Assembly: GCF_006345805.1 (NCBI RefSeq)
Contig: NC_043021.1
Span: 2,542,001-2,606,000 of the forward strand
Reading direction: 5' to 3'
DNA from: Octopus sinensis
Lineage: Eukaryota
Length of the DNA: 64,000 nucleotides
Shown here: positions 24,772 to 38,377 of the stretch, one piece after another
Numbering within the stretch: position 1 is the stretch's first letter
Layout of the letters: each line of letters begins with the position of its first letter
Notes under the pieces: generated by a model
What the model was told of the DNA's origin: nothing
The model's input: only the letters and a program-made list of their open reading frames with translations
The model's database searches: none
Made by a program: the position numbers and the translations under genes

Positions 24772-25738
24772 GTAAGCATTGATGTATTTTGGTCAACCAT
24801 TCACTTCTGATTGAGAAAAACCTATGATCTAAGACATTCCAGCCATGTCCATCCAATTATATTCCTCACATGAATATGAACTTGCTATAGGGACAACAAA
24901 TAATCTTTCCTGCTATAGGCAGAAAGCCTGAAATTTTAAGGGAGGGGGCAAGTCGATTACATCGACCCCAGTACGCAACTGGTACTTATTTCAGTGATCC
25001 CTAAAGGATGAAAGGGAAAGTTGACTTCAGCAGGATTTGAACTTGGGACTTCAAAGACTGATTGGGTTATAATAGTTTGTTCTGCATGATTGTATTAGTA
25101 ATATTATTAATGTTCTAGAGTAAAGATTATTTGCCAACATAACATGGTAGTCCTGTTTTAGGACGAATGTTGCTGTAATTTAGCCCCAGGAGACATCGTC
25201 TCCAACTGGCTATACGACATGATCTCTCTCTTTACTCTTCTATTTGTTTCAGTCATTTGACTGCGGCCATGCTGGAGCACCGCCTTTAGTCGAACACATC
25301 GATCCCAGGACTTATTCTTTGTAAGCCTAGTACTTATTTTATCGGTCTCTTTTGCCGAACTGCTAAGTGACGGGGACATAAACACACCAGCATCGGTTGT
25401 CAAGCAATGCTAGGGGGACAAACACAGACACACAAACACACATACATATATATATATACATATATATGAAGGGCTTTTTTCAGTTTCCATCTACCAAATC
25501 CACTCAAGGCTTTGGTCAGCCCGAGGCTTTAGAAGAAGACACTTGCCCAAGGTGTCACGCAGTGGGACTAAACCCGGAACCATGTGGTTGGTAAGGAAAT
25601 GTCTTACCACACAGCCACTCCTGCGCCTGTGTCTTTATATTTTCAAGCACGTTGTTAGATAATCAATTAGAATTCTTCAAAATTTCAACAGAATTTATTA
25701 ATCTTATCCTATTTCTTTTTTCTTTTTTTTTATCTTAG

Positions 25739-25832
25739 AGTTTTTCAGAGTCCAGTGACATGAGCTCACCAAAAAGAGAAAGTTCCACATCGAGTGATGA
25801 AGAATATCATCGAGTATCACAACAATTTCATG
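25739..25832 (+). CDS. IRF: IRF exon 4 (Ser/acidic-rich, SFSESSDMSSPKRESSTSSDEEYHRVSQQFH)
   Basis: Long T tract plus tag|AG acceptor, CATG|gtaaat donor; phase 0 to 1, open frame. No homology evidence. Confidence 0.65.
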
Positions 25833-26655
25833 GTAAATTCCACTGCTGGTCTTTTGTCTGTTTACTTTTCTGTGAATTCAGTATGATACTTGATGGATGG
25901 TATAGCATGGTATGGCTGTGTTGTATGAGGTTTGCTTCCCAACCACCAGGTTCCAGGGTCGTTCTGACTGTTTGGCACCTTGAGAGGCGTCTTCTACAGT
26001 TTCAAGCTGCCAAAATCTTTGTGAGCAGATTTGGTAGACGGAAACTGAAAGAAGCCCATCATGTGTGTGGACTCAATACATGAAGCAGGATTAATAGAAC
26101 ACAAAAGCCTGTGTGTGTGTGTGTGTGTGTGTGTCTGTCTGTCCCTCGTGTGTGTCTGTCTGTCTGTCCCTCCATTGCTTGACCTCTAGTGTTGGGTTTA
26201 CATCCTGTAACTTAGCAGTTCAGCAAATGAGATCAATGGAGAGACCAAGCTTTATAAAACAAATAAATAAAGAATACTGGGGTTTATTTATTCATCTAGA
26301 AAATCTTCAAGGCAATGCTCCAGCGTGGCCTCAGTCTAATGACTAAAACAAGATAAAAAAACAACAGAAGGATGGAGATAAGTGTCTCAGCTGATCCTTA
26401 TTTCTTTGACCCTGAAAGGTTGAAAGGTAAAGTTGACTTTTAACAACCAAATTTGAACAAAAAAGATGGATGAAATGTTGCTATGCATAACATACTGGGG
26501 ATTCCGCCAGTTGACCATCTTTATACTAGCTTAACCCTTTAGCATTTGAACAGGCCATATTTAGCCCAAATATTTTACCTGTTTTACGTGGAACCTGACT
26601 AGACTCTAATTAACTCTTTAATTACTAATTGAACTTTTTGTTTTTGTTACTTCAG

Positions 26656-26691
26656 ATCAACAAAGTGGCGGCGTCTGCTACAGAACATATG
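26656..26691 (+). CDS. IRF: IRF candidate 36-nt micro-exon (DQQSGGVCYRTY)
   Basis: ttacttcag|AT acceptor and ATG|gtaaga donor; phase 1 to 1, open frame. Splice-signal evidence only. Confidence 0.55.
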
Positions 26692-28085
26692 GTAAGAATT
26701 TGATTTTGGATTTCTGTTGATCGCTTAACTTGCCAGCTAATCTGTGCCTTTGCTAGCTGACTACATGCATGTACACAGTATATCTGGGAATTTAATATCT
26801 TTCTTGCCCTAATGTCTCTCTCTATGTAATATTGGCTATTTTTTTGGCAGTGGGGGATCTATTGAAGGGCTTCTGTACAGTTTTCATCTGCCATATTCAT
26901 TAACTTGGCTTTGGTTAACCCATTCTACCATACAAGATGCTTGCCTATGGTGCCATGCAGTAGGACTGAATACTGCCTTGTGAGGGCACCTGGCTTAGTG
27001 GTTAGGGTGTTGTATTCGCAGTCTTGAAATAATGGTTTTGTTTCCTGAACTGGGGCATTTCATTGGGTTCTTTAAACAAACCACTTCATCTCTTGTTGCT
27101 CTGTAATCATTTCAACACCTGATGTGTGGCACAGCTGTACAGGTCATGTCGATGTGATGGAGGGAAGGAGTTAGTGCAGAGCACAATAAACAAATCATTT
27201 GTTCAGATTGTTAAGCAAGAAATTTCAGAATCATCTTTCTTTGACTCGAGAAATTTCCAAGAAGAATGGTTGCTGTACTACATGTGATTCTTACAAAACA
27301 CCTGTAAATTTGGACAGGTGTTCAGTTATTATAACAGTCTAGTCCAACAGACTGATATAGTTACTGTAGACAGAATCATTTGTTAAACTAAATCAGATAT
27401 GGGTATTCATTGCTTATCACACCTGTGTTCTGAGTTCAAATTCACCCAAGGTTGACTATGATTTTCATCCTTTGATGGGGCAATGAAATCTAGTACCAGT
27501 TAAGTACTGGGGTCAATGTAATCAACAAGGCTCGTTCCCCAGAATTTCAGGTGTATAGTTGTGGTAAGAAACTTGCTTCCCAACTACATGGTTCTAGGTT
27601 CAGTCCAACTGTGACACTTTATACAATTGTCTTCTACTACAGAATCTCATACCAACCAAAGCCTTGTGAGTGGGTTTCAAATATAGAAACTGAAAGAAGC
27701 CTGTTATATATATGTGTGTGTGTCTGTTCTACCACCACTGCATCCCCATAACTTAGCAGTTTGGCAAAAGAGACCAACAGAATAAGTACCAAACTTAATA
27801 AGTACTGGGGGGGTCAATCTGACTAAATCCTTCAAGGCAGAGCTCCAGCATGGCCACAGACTAATGACTGAAACCAGTAAAAGATAAAAGATACTAAATT
27901 TTTCTTTTATGTGGCAGCAATTTCTGAATGACCGGGATGGGTGGGAGGGAGGTCTGCCGAGTTCCGTGAATTGGCATTTATGAAACCAAAGTTTCTTAAA
28001 AGTCATAAAATTATTATATATTTTGCTTTTTTCTTCTTTCTGTTTTTCTTAATTTTAATTATTTCTTTTCTTTCCTTTTTCGCAG

Positions 28086-28112
28086 AAACTCCACAATTTA
28101 AAACAGAAGACG
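28086..28112 (+). CDS. IRF: IRF candidate 27-nt micro-exon (ETPQFKTED)
   Basis: Strong pyrimidine tract plus cgcag|AA acceptor, ACG|gtacgt donor; phase 1 to 1. Confidence 0.55.
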
Positions 28113-28813
28113 GTACGTATCCTTCTTGCAAAATTTACAACAGAGATTTCTTTTACCTTGTCTTGGACAAATACTTAGATATTCCATTCCTTTATCTTCA
28201 CCCCCTACCTCACACACAATCACCCCCCCCTACACACACACACACAAGAGACTTGAAATAAATGGGCGGCCAGTTTATTATATCTTAGGTTTAAATTAAC
28301 CGAATTGGTCTGATTTGGAGATGGGGTCAATTACAGGTGGGGAGAATTACAGGTATATGATGAGAAAAGGCTGCTTCCCAATCATATTTCCTGGTTCGGT
28401 CCCATTGCACAGCACCTTGAGCAAGTATTTTTTGGCAGATAAAAAAAACTGAAAGAAGCTTGTGGGTGTGTCTCCTTGTCTTGACATCACACAATGGTTA
28501 TAAACGAGCATTTTTGTGATTCTTTCATCACTTTCAATCATTATAATCAAAATGAAAAATAACGAAGATTGGTTATTTTGTTATGGATGATTGCACATGG
28601 CTCTTTCCAATTTTTGTTTCCCCACCCCTGATGAGGTGGGAGGAATATTCTTGAAAGTTATTTAGTGACTTTTCTGCTATTGGTACCATATAAAAAGCAC
28701 CCAGTACACCCTGGAAAATGGTTGGCGTTAAGAAAGCATATCCTGCTGTAGAAACTATGCCAAAGCAAACAGCTGAAATTATTGCATTCTTCCGACTCGG
28801 CAGTTCCGGTGGA

Positions 28814-31357
28814 ACCTATTTCTTTACTACCCACAAGGGGCTAAACACAGAGAGGATAAAGAAGGACAGACAAACGGATTAGGTCGATTATATCGACCCC
28901 AGCGCATAACTGGTACTTACTTAATTGACCCCGAAAGGATGAAAGGCAAAGTCGGCTTTAATTTGAACTCAGAACATAGCGGCAGATGAAATACCTATTT
29001 CTTTACTACCCACATGGGGTTAAACACAAAGAGGACAAACAAGGACAGAAAAACGGATTAAGTCGATTATATCGACCCCAGCACATAGCTGGTACTTACT
29101 TAATTGACCCCGAAAGGATGAAAGGCAAAGTCGGCTTTAATTTGAACTCAGAACATAGCGGCAGATGAAATACCTATTTCTTTACTACCCACATGGGGTT
29201 AAACACAAAGAGGACAAACAAGGACAGAAAAACGGATTAAGTCGATTATATCGACCCCAGCACATAGCTGGTACTTACTTAATTGACCCCGAAAGGATGA
29301 AAGGCAAAGTCGGCTTTAATTTGAACTCAGAACATAGCGGCAGATGAAATACCTATTTCTTTACTACCCACATGGGGTTAAACACAGAGAGGACAAACAA
29401 GGACAGAAAAACGGATTAAGTCGATATATCGACCCCAGCACATAGCTGGTACTTACTTAATTGACCCCGAAAGGATGAAAGGCAAAGTCGGCTTTAATTG
29501 AACTCAGAACATAGCGGCAGATGAAATACCTATTTCTTTACTACCACATGGGGTTAAACCAAAGAGGACAAACAAGGACAGAAAAACGGATTAAGTCGAT
29601 TATATCGACCCCAGCACATAGCTGGTACTTACTTAATTGACCCCGAAAGGATGAAAGGCAAAGTCGGCTTTAATTTGAACTCAGAACATAGCGGCAGATG
29701 AAATACCTATTTCTTTACTACCCACATGGGGTTAAACACAAAGAGGACAAACAAGGACAGAAAAACGGATTAAGTCGATTATATCGACCCCAGCACATAG
29801 CTGGTACTTACTTAATTGACCCCGAAGGATGAAAGGCAAAGTCGCTTTAATTTGAACTCAGAACATAGCGGCAGATGAAATACTATTTCTTTCTTTACTA
29901 CCCACATGGGGTAAACACAGAGAGGACAAACAAGGACAGAAAAACGGATTAAGTCGATTATATCGACCCCAGCACATAGCTGGTACTTACTTAATTGACC
30001 CCGAAAGGATGAAAGGCAAAGTCGGCTTTAATTGAACTCAGAACATAGCGGCAGATGAAATACCTATTTCTTTACTACCCACATGGGGTTAAACACAGAG
30101 AGGACAACAAGGACAGACAAACGGATTAAGTCGATTATATCGACCCCAGCACATAGCTGGTACTTACTTAATCGACCCCGAAAGGATGTAAGGCAAGTCG
30201 GCTTTAATTTGAACTCAGAACATAGCGGCAGATGAATACCTATTTCTTTACTACCCACATGGGGTTAAACACAGAGAGGACAAACAAGGACAGACAAACG
30301 GATTAAGTCGATTATATCGACCCCAGCACATAGCTGGTACTTACTTAATCGACCCCGAAAGGATGTAAGGCAAAGTCGGCTTTAATTTGAACTCAGAACA
30401 TAGCGGCAGATGAAATACCTATTTCTTTACTACCCACATGGGGTTAAACACAGAGAGGACAAACAAGGACAGACAAACGGATTAAGTCGATTATATCGAC
30501 CCCAGCACATAGCTGGTACTTACTTAATCGACCCCGAAAGGATGTAAGGCAAAGTCGGCTTTAATTTGAACTCAGAACATAGCGGCAGATGAAATACCTA
30601 TTTCTTTACTACCCACATGGGGTTAAACACAGAGAGGACAAACAAGGACAGACAAACGGATTAAGTCGATTATATCGACCCCAGCACATAGCTGGTACTT
30701 ACTTAATTGACCCCGAAAGGATGAAAGGCAAAGTTGGCTTTAATTTGAACTCAGAACATAGCGGCAGATGAAATACCTATTTCTTTACTACCCACATGGG
30801 GTTAAACACAGAGAGGACAAACAAGGACAGACAAACGGATTAAGTCGATTATATCGACCCCAGCACATAGCTGGTACTTACTTAATCGACCCCGAAAGGA
30901 TGCAAGGCAAAGTCGGCTTTAATTTGAACTCAGAACATAGCGGCAGATGAAATACCTATTTCTTTACTACCCACATGGGGTTAAACACAGAGAGGACAAA
31001 CAAGGACAGACAAACGGATTAAGTCGATTATATCGACCCCAGCACATAGCTGGTACTTACTTAATTGACCCCGAAAGGATGAAAGGCAAAGTCGGCTTTA
31101 ATTTGAACTCAGAACATAGCGGCAGATGAAATACCTATTTCTTTACTACCCACATGGGGTTAAACACAGAGAGGACAAACAAGGACAGACAAACGGATTA
31201 AGTCGATTATATCGACCCCAGCACATAGCTGGTACTTACTTAATCGACCCCGAAAGGATGTAAGGCAAAGTCGACCTCAATTTGAAGTCAGAACGTAGCG
31301 GCAGACGAAATACCGCTACGCATTTCGCCTGGCGTGCTAACGTTTCTGCCATCTCGC
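28814..31357 (-). repeat. Tandem array of 14 x about 179-bp units derived from SINE type B, inside an IRF intron
   Basis: Unit starts at about 28814, 28986, 29165, 29344, 29521, 29698, 29876, 30055, 30231, 30410, 30589, 30768, 30947 and 31126; only the last unit continues into the SINE head. Confidence 0.95.
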
Positions 31358-32084
31358 TACTGGAACCATCCAACCCATGCCAGCATGGAAAACAAATATT
31401 GAATGATGATGATGATGATGATGATGATTTACCGGGGTCAAAAAAGCAACAGAGTATGTAATTTTTTTCACAACCCTTGCAGCACGGAGCACTCCTCACA
31501 AACGTAGCTCATGAGCTGGTTGTGATCAATAAACAGTTTTAAGGAGGAGCTGGTAAAAGACAAACTAACATGCAACGTGCATGTTGCATGCTGAACTCAA
31601 AGAATGGAAGAAAAGACTAAAAACGCAATGTGCATGTCGAAATAATGTAAGAGAGAAGAAAAAAAAACAGGTCCAGTGATGGTCTGTATGTCATGACTGA
31701 CACCACTGATGTGTAGCTCTGCTACAGTTTTCTTGTAGAAGATGTTTTCTTCTAACACTGTACATTCTAGACTCATTATTGTTGATTTGAAAACTTTCTC
31801 AAAAATCAAAGGCTTCATCATCTTCGTTTAATGTCCGCCTTTCCATGCTTGCATGGCTCTGATGGAATTCATTGATGCAGATGTTCTGTGGCTGGGTATC
31901 TTTCCTCTCACCAACTCTTAACCTCTTTCCAAGCAAGCTGATATTTCCACACAGCCAGGTGTGTTTTCCACTAAAGATTATGAAAGGATTACCGTTGCTT
32001 CTATAACAGTGATGTTTGCTAACAACTTGCACGTGATCTCCAGATGAAGAGTTGCACATACATATATATATATATAAACATATC

Positions 32085-32560
32085 ATCATCATCATCGTTT
32101 AGCGTCCGTTTTCCATTCTAGCATGGGTTGGACGGTTCAACTGGGGTCTGTGAAGCCAGAAGGCTGCATCAGGCCCAGTCTGATCTGGCAGTGTTTCTAC
32201 GGCTGGATGCCCTTCCTAACGCCAACCACTCCGCGAGTGTAGTGGGTGCTTTTTACGTGCCACCAGCACAGGGGCCAGGCGAAGCTGGTAACGGACACGA
32301 ACGGATGGTGCTTTTACGTGCCACCGGCACGGAGGCCAGTTGGGACGGCGCGGGCAACGTCCACAATCAGATGGTTTGCTTAACCACAGCTGCAATTTCC
32401 ATTGATGTTCCAAGAAGGAAAGGTATGTAGGCCACAGGTTATGTTCTCACTGGTCTTTCTGGGTCTTCTCACGCACAGCATACTTCCATAGGTCTCGGTC
32501 TCTAGTCATTTCCTTGGTGAGACCTAAAGTTCGAAGGTCATGCTTCACCACCTCGTCCCA
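32085..32560 (-). mobile_element. RTE LINE 3' end (ORF end plus 3' UTR plus (GAT)n tail)
   Basis: The minus strand encodes WDEVVKHDLRTLGLTKEMTRDRDLWKYAVREKT and runs into the repeat ...aaaagcacccactacactc...gttaggaagggcatccagc...ggacgctaaacgatgatgat, tying this abundant tail family to RTE. Confidence 0.8.
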
Positions 32561-33040
32561 TGTTTTCCTTGCAGCAGTCCTTCAGTTTTTCTAAACCCTG
32601 TAAAAGAACTTGGAAAGTTGGACTTCCAACTTAGCCTTTCGTTGACACCCATGAAACCAGGAACTTTTCAGCAACCCTTGGAGATATATATAGTGATAGG
32701 CTTCTTTCAGTTTCTGCCTACCAATTCCATTCCACATAGCTTTAGTCAGTCTGGAGCTAAAGTGGAAGACATTTGGCCTAAGATGCCATATAGTGGGACC
32801 GAACCTGAAACCCTTGTGCTTGAGAAGCAAACTTCTTAACCAGACAACTGTGCCCCCAGGAAGGTTACATCATCATTATTACCGAACCCAGGCATGTCAA
32901 AATTTGAAATTTTTACATAAAAAAAAAATTGATTTTACTTAAAAGTTAATGAAAGATAATTATCTCTTTTACTAATTAGGAATTTAAAGTATCTTGTAGA
33001 AGGCCTTGCATCTTATTTTATTTCTTTTTTTTTTTTTCAG

Positions 33041-33084
33041 GAAGTGCCCAACAAATATTCAACACAATGATGGGATATCAAGTG
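33041..33084 (+). CDS. IRF: IRF candidate 44-nt exon (GSAQQIFNTMMGYQV)
   Basis: Long T-run plus cag|GA acceptor, GTG|gtaagc donor; phase 1 to 0. Confidence 0.5.
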
Positions 33085-35560
33085 GTAAGCTTCCTCTCTT
33101 CACCATATTTACTTTTATTACTCTTCATAATCCTAGTAAAGGTGCGCTGATTAGTAGTTAGGGCATTCGGTTCATCATCGTAAGGTCGTGAGTTCAATTC
33201 CCGATGACATGTTGTAGCCTTGAGCAAGACACTTTATTTAACGTTGCTCCAGTCCACTCAGCTGGCAAAAATGAATTTTACCTGTAATTCAAAAAGGGGT
33301 CAGCTTTGTCATATTCTGTGTCATGCTGGATCTTCCTGAGAATTGCGTTAAAGGGTATGCATGTCTGTGGAGTACTCAGCCACTTGCATGTTAATTTCAC
33401 AGGCAGGCTGTTCCATTAAATCAGATCGACAGGAATCCTGGTCATCGTAACTGTTAGGGAGAGTAGATCCTTTCTACGCAAGCAGGGCGGGCCCTAGGGT
33501 TGCTGGTGCCCTGACCAGATCAGGGCGCTCACACCTAACCTACATTGACATTCTAAAAATGAACAATCACGTCATTGAAACCTCAAAGCTATAAGATAAT
33601 GCATGATTAATTAAAAGCAATTTGAGTAAAAAAATATTACATTTAACAGAGTAATCTGAACACCAAAGGGTTAAAGTAATTGAAAGAAACACAGAGCATC
33701 TCAACAGAAATATGGTAGCAATACGGTTAATAAGAATAGCAATAATAATTTCTTAGATTAGTACATTATCACAGATTTAGTAACTTTTTTTAAAACGGAC
33801 CCTATCCCTCCTTTTACATGCTTGGTACTTTGTCCTATTTTTCTTTTTATCAACTGTAAATCAATGAAAAGTAGGGTCTTCTCCCTTAACGGGGGATTTT
33901 AAAGGACAACTGAAATACAACTTTTACCACCGTATTGGTTTTATTAATTAATTCTGCTGATAATGAAAAGTTCAACTCCTCAATCCTACCCAATCTGCCA
34001 GTCATTACCTACTCTTCCCCAACCTCTGCCCAATGCATATTTATCATTGACCACCCCTCCACCCTTGTCGATCATTCGCTACAACCACCTGCAATCCATC
34101 ATCCTCAATCATCACTCCTCCCTAATGCCCCTAAACTCTTCACTCATTCCCTTATCTCTAACGACTTCCTCTTGCAACTTATTCTGTCCCCGTTCACTTC
34201 TTATCGACTCCTTCTGCCTCGAGGGTCCAGTTTGATACCTCATCGCTATTTTGTCTTCTTTTCCAGCTGCAGCCCGGATACTTCCACCCTCTCTTCTGTA
34301 ATGTGAGTAATCATGTAGGTCCTGGACAATAAAAACACCTCTTGTATTCTGGTCCCTTCCTACATACTTTAATCTCTCATATCCTAACACAAAGTCGCCT
34401 CCTTCTCTACTGTATCCGCCACTCAGTTAAAAGGGATCTCTTCATCCAGTGTGCTAACAATTCTGCAGCTTGCCGCTTTAATAAAATAAGTAACAAATAG
34501 TAATGAGACTAATAATAAAGATAATAAAAATAATGATAATAATAATAAAGATCATCATCATCATCATCATCATTTAGCGTCCGCTTTCCATGCTAGCATG
34601 GGTTGGACAGTTCAACTGGGGTCTGGGAAGCCAGAAGGCTGCACCAGGCCCAGTCTGATCTGGCAATGTTTCTACAGCTGGATGCCCTTCCTAATGCCAA
34701 CCACTCCGTGAGTGTAGTGGCTGCTTTTTACGTGCCACCGGCACAGGTGCCAGACGGGGCTGGCAAACGGCCTCGGTCGGATGGTGCTTTTTATGTGCCA
34801 GACGGGGCTGGCAAAAGGTCATGGTCAGATGGTGCTTTTTACGTGTCACCGGCATGGGGGCCAGGCGAGGCTGGCAAACGGCCACGATCGGATGGTGCTT
34901 TTTATGTGCCAGACGGGGCTGGCAAAAGGCCATGGTCGGATGGTGCTTTTTACGTGTCACCGGCATGGGGGCCAGGCGAGGCTGGCAAACGGCCACGATC
35001 GGATGGTGCTTTTTACGTGCCACCGGAACAGGTGCCAGACGGGGCTGGCAAACGGCCATGGTTGGATGGTGCTTTTTACGTGCCAGACGGGGCTGGCAAA
35101 TGGCCACGGTCGGATGGTGCTTTTTACGTGCCACTGACATGGGGGCCAGGCCAGGCTGGCAACGGCCACAATCGGATGGTGCTTTTTACATGCCACCGGC
35201 ACGGAGGCCAGTCGAATAAAAATAATGATAATAATTCTTTCTGCTATAGACACAAGGCCCGAAATTTTAGCGGAAGGAACTCAGTGATTATATCGACCCC
35301 AGTGCTTGAATGGTATGTATTTTAACCCATTCCAGTGTGCACAATGGACGTTGAAGAGAATGTTGATGATTTAACAAAACTTGACAGGATGAAAGGCAAA
35401 GTCACCATCGGTGGAATTTTAACTCAGAACATAAAAAACAGACGAATTACTGCTAAGCGTTTTGCTCGGTGTGCTAACAGTTCTGCCAGCTTGCCATCTT
35501 AATAGTAGTAATGATGATGATGATGATGCCAATTCACCTTCTCTAATTTTGTAATTGTAG

Positions 35561-35652
35561 GCCAGATTGATCATATTGCGTGTTTCACCGAGTCACCTTA
35601 CAATGTCGACAGATATCTGAAGGACAAAAAGCATTGGGTATCTGAAGGTCTT
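35561..35652 (+). CDS. IRF: IRF candidate 92-nt exon (GQIDHIACFTESPYNVDRYLKDKKHWVSEGL in phase-1 reading)
   Basis: taattgtag|GC acceptor and CTT|gtatgt donor. Open to the donor only in the phase 1 to 0 reading; the phase-0 reading stops at TGA 35618-35620. Confidence 0.35.
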
Positions 35653-35758
35653 GTATGTTACTGCTCTATTGCTACTACTGCTACCCGGGTACTTGGTTCA
35701 GTCTCAGTAATATAATAGCAGGCTAAGTTTTATGGTGGGTGTATGTGCGTGTGGTGTG

Positions 35759-35790
<32 letters not shown>

Positions 35791-35876
35791 CAAAAAAAAA
35801 ATTTTTTATCTTCGGTTTTTTTAAAATATGCTAGGCCACTGGTTTTTAATTGATTAATATTAATTTCTACCCTTAT

Positions 35877-35919
<43 letters not shown>

Positions 35920-36525
35920 ATATATGTATATATATATGTGTATATACATGTATATATCATCATCATCATTTAGCGTCCGCTTTCCATGCTAGCATGGGTT
36001 GGACGGTTCAACTGGGGTCTGGGAAGCCAGAAGGCTGCACCAGGCCCAGTCTGATCTGGCAGTGTTTCTATGGCTGGATGCCCTTCCTAACGCCAACCAC
36101 TCCGTGAGTGTAGCGGTTGCTTTTTACGTGCCACCCGCACAGGTGCCAGATGGAACTGGCAAACGCCCACAGACGGATGGTGGCACAGGCGAGGCTGGCA
36201 ACGGCCACGAACGGATGGTGCTTTTTACGTGCTCCCGGCACAAGGCCAGTCGGGGCGGCGCTGGCAACGGCCATGAACGGATGGTGGTGCCAGACGAGTC
36301 TGGCAAACGGCCATGAACGGATGGTGCTTTTTACGTGCCACCGGCACGGGGGCCAGGCGAGGCTGGCAACATGTATACATGTATATATATATACATATAT
36401 ATATATACATATATATATGTATATATACATATGTATATCTATGGATATATGTGTATATATATGTGTATATATATATATATACATATATATATGTATATCT
36501 ATGTGTATATATACATATGTATATC

Positions 36526-36575
<50 letters not shown>

Positions 36576-38058
36576 TACATACATGTACAGACCCATGTAA
36601 ATATATTTTTTATTTATGCACCCTTTTCAAGCCTAGTCAGGCTCATGGGCCCAGTTTCTATGGCGTATTTGTTACCAAAGCATCATACACCTGATTGGTC
36701 AAGGTCTGTTTGGCAGGCACTCAGTAAATGACCGTTGTCCAGTCAAAAGCTGCATTTGCCATACTATAAAAACAGTGTAGCATTAGTCACTGCTTTTGTG
36801 AATTTATTAATATACCAAATAGGCATAGGTGTGACTGTGGTAAGAAGCTTGCTTCCCAACTACAAGGTTCCAGGTTCAGTCCCACTGTATGGCACCTTGG
36901 CCAAGTGTCTCCTATTATATAGCCTCAGGCTTACCAAAACCTTGTCTGTGGATTTGGTTGATGGAAACTAAAAGAAGCCCATTGTATATGTGTGTTTATG
37001 ACCCTGTAACCTAGCAGGTCAGCAAAAGATACTGATAGAATAAGTTCTGGGTTGATTCAGCCTTTGAGGCAGTGCTCCAGCATGGCTGCAGTCTAATAAT
37101 AAATAAAATAGATAAAAGGTCCTTTCTTCCTTTTAATGTTAATCTTTCTCTCCCTCTCCTATATAACTTCCTCCTTTCTTTCATATTTCTTCCGCTTCTC
37201 AGCCATGTGTCCCCATTTTTACCCCTTAACCATCCTTCCTCATTATCTCCATTCCAAAGCACCATCATCATCATCATCATTAATGAATATATTGTCGTTA
37301 CTAATGATAAACCATTAAAACCACATCAATTACTGCATCAGGACCACCACCGCCACAACCAGCATTCTAAATGGTTGTTCCACATGCTGGAAATAAGTCA
37401 AAATCCTCTTCAAATCAATCTTTAAGGAAGGACAGATTCATTTAGATAATGTGTCACTCCAGAAGATATCCTATCTATGGTTCCGGGTTCAGTCCCACTG
37501 CGTGGCACCTTGGGCAAGTGTCTTCTACTATAGACTCAAGCCAACCAAAGCCTTGTGAGTGGATTTGGTAGACGGAAACTGAAAGAAGCCCGTCGTATAT
37601 ATGTATATATATATATATATGCGTTTGTGTGTCTGTGTTTGTCCCCCTAGCATTGCTTGACAACCGATGCTGGTGTGTTTATGTCTCCGTTACTTAGCGG
37701 TTCGGCAAAAGAGACCGATAGAATAAGTACTGGGCTTACAAAAAGAATAAGTCCCGGGGTTGAGTTGCTCGATTAAAAGCGGTGCTCCAGCATGGCCGCA
37801 GTCAAATGACTGAAACAAGTAAAAGAGTAAAGAGTAAACCACACAAAAAAACAAAACAAAAAAAAAAAAAACCAAGTGGTTGGCATGGCTGGAACGCTTT
37901 TTTGTAGGTCTCCTAGATTAGGAAATGATGACCTTGATTAGGTTTAAACATCAACCACCACCAACACCCTAGAAACCTAAGCATTATCAGTTATTATGTA
38001 TAGAAATCCTTAATCAATACCAAATTACTAACTCCTCCTTTTTTTGCTCACTTTTCAG

Positions 38059-38124
38059 GAAGAAATTGAGAACCACCATTTACTTGACTGTGAGGAGATT
38101 GGGAATTTTACGCTCCTCAGATAA
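38059..38124 (+). CDS. IRF: IRF candidate terminal exon (EEIENHHLLDCEEIGNFTLLR*)
   Basis: cacttttcag|GAA acceptor, phase 0, TAA at 38122-38124, AATAAA at 38226-38231. The model without the 35561 exon gives 226 aa. Confidence 0.5.
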   Translation, partial: EEIENHHLLDCEEIGNFTLLR

Positions 38125-38377
38125 AGAATTGTCTCTTGTGTATATAAACTATCGAATGACTTTTAAACTTGTAAATTCATATCATTTTCCTGCTCTTCCT
38201 CCATCTCCTCTTTTCTATTGTCTGAAATAAAAAAAAACAAAAAAAAATAAAAACTTGTTGACCATTGATCCTTGTGTTTGGAGCTATTTATTTTGCTTTT
38301 GACAGTCCATTAAACGTCGATCCAAGTTACCCATGGGAGTGGACATGGCTGACAAGGCCAATGCAAGACAGGCAGAG

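Noticed and set aside
28814-31357. CRISPR-like array, or repeated 60-aa ORFs (MKYLFLYYPHG...)
   Set aside because: Units are contiguous with no unique spacers, no cas genes, eukaryotic context; the ORFs are by-products of the SINE unit.
33935-34420. Overlapping 90-123-aa ORFs in an IRF intron as a missing IRF exon
   Set aside because: No good splice sites in the needed phase; the purine-rich minus strand looks like a decayed LINE fragment.
34603-35325. 240-aa repetitive ORF inside the IRF gene
   Set aside because: Antisense reading of the RTE 3'-tail VNTR, not a protein.
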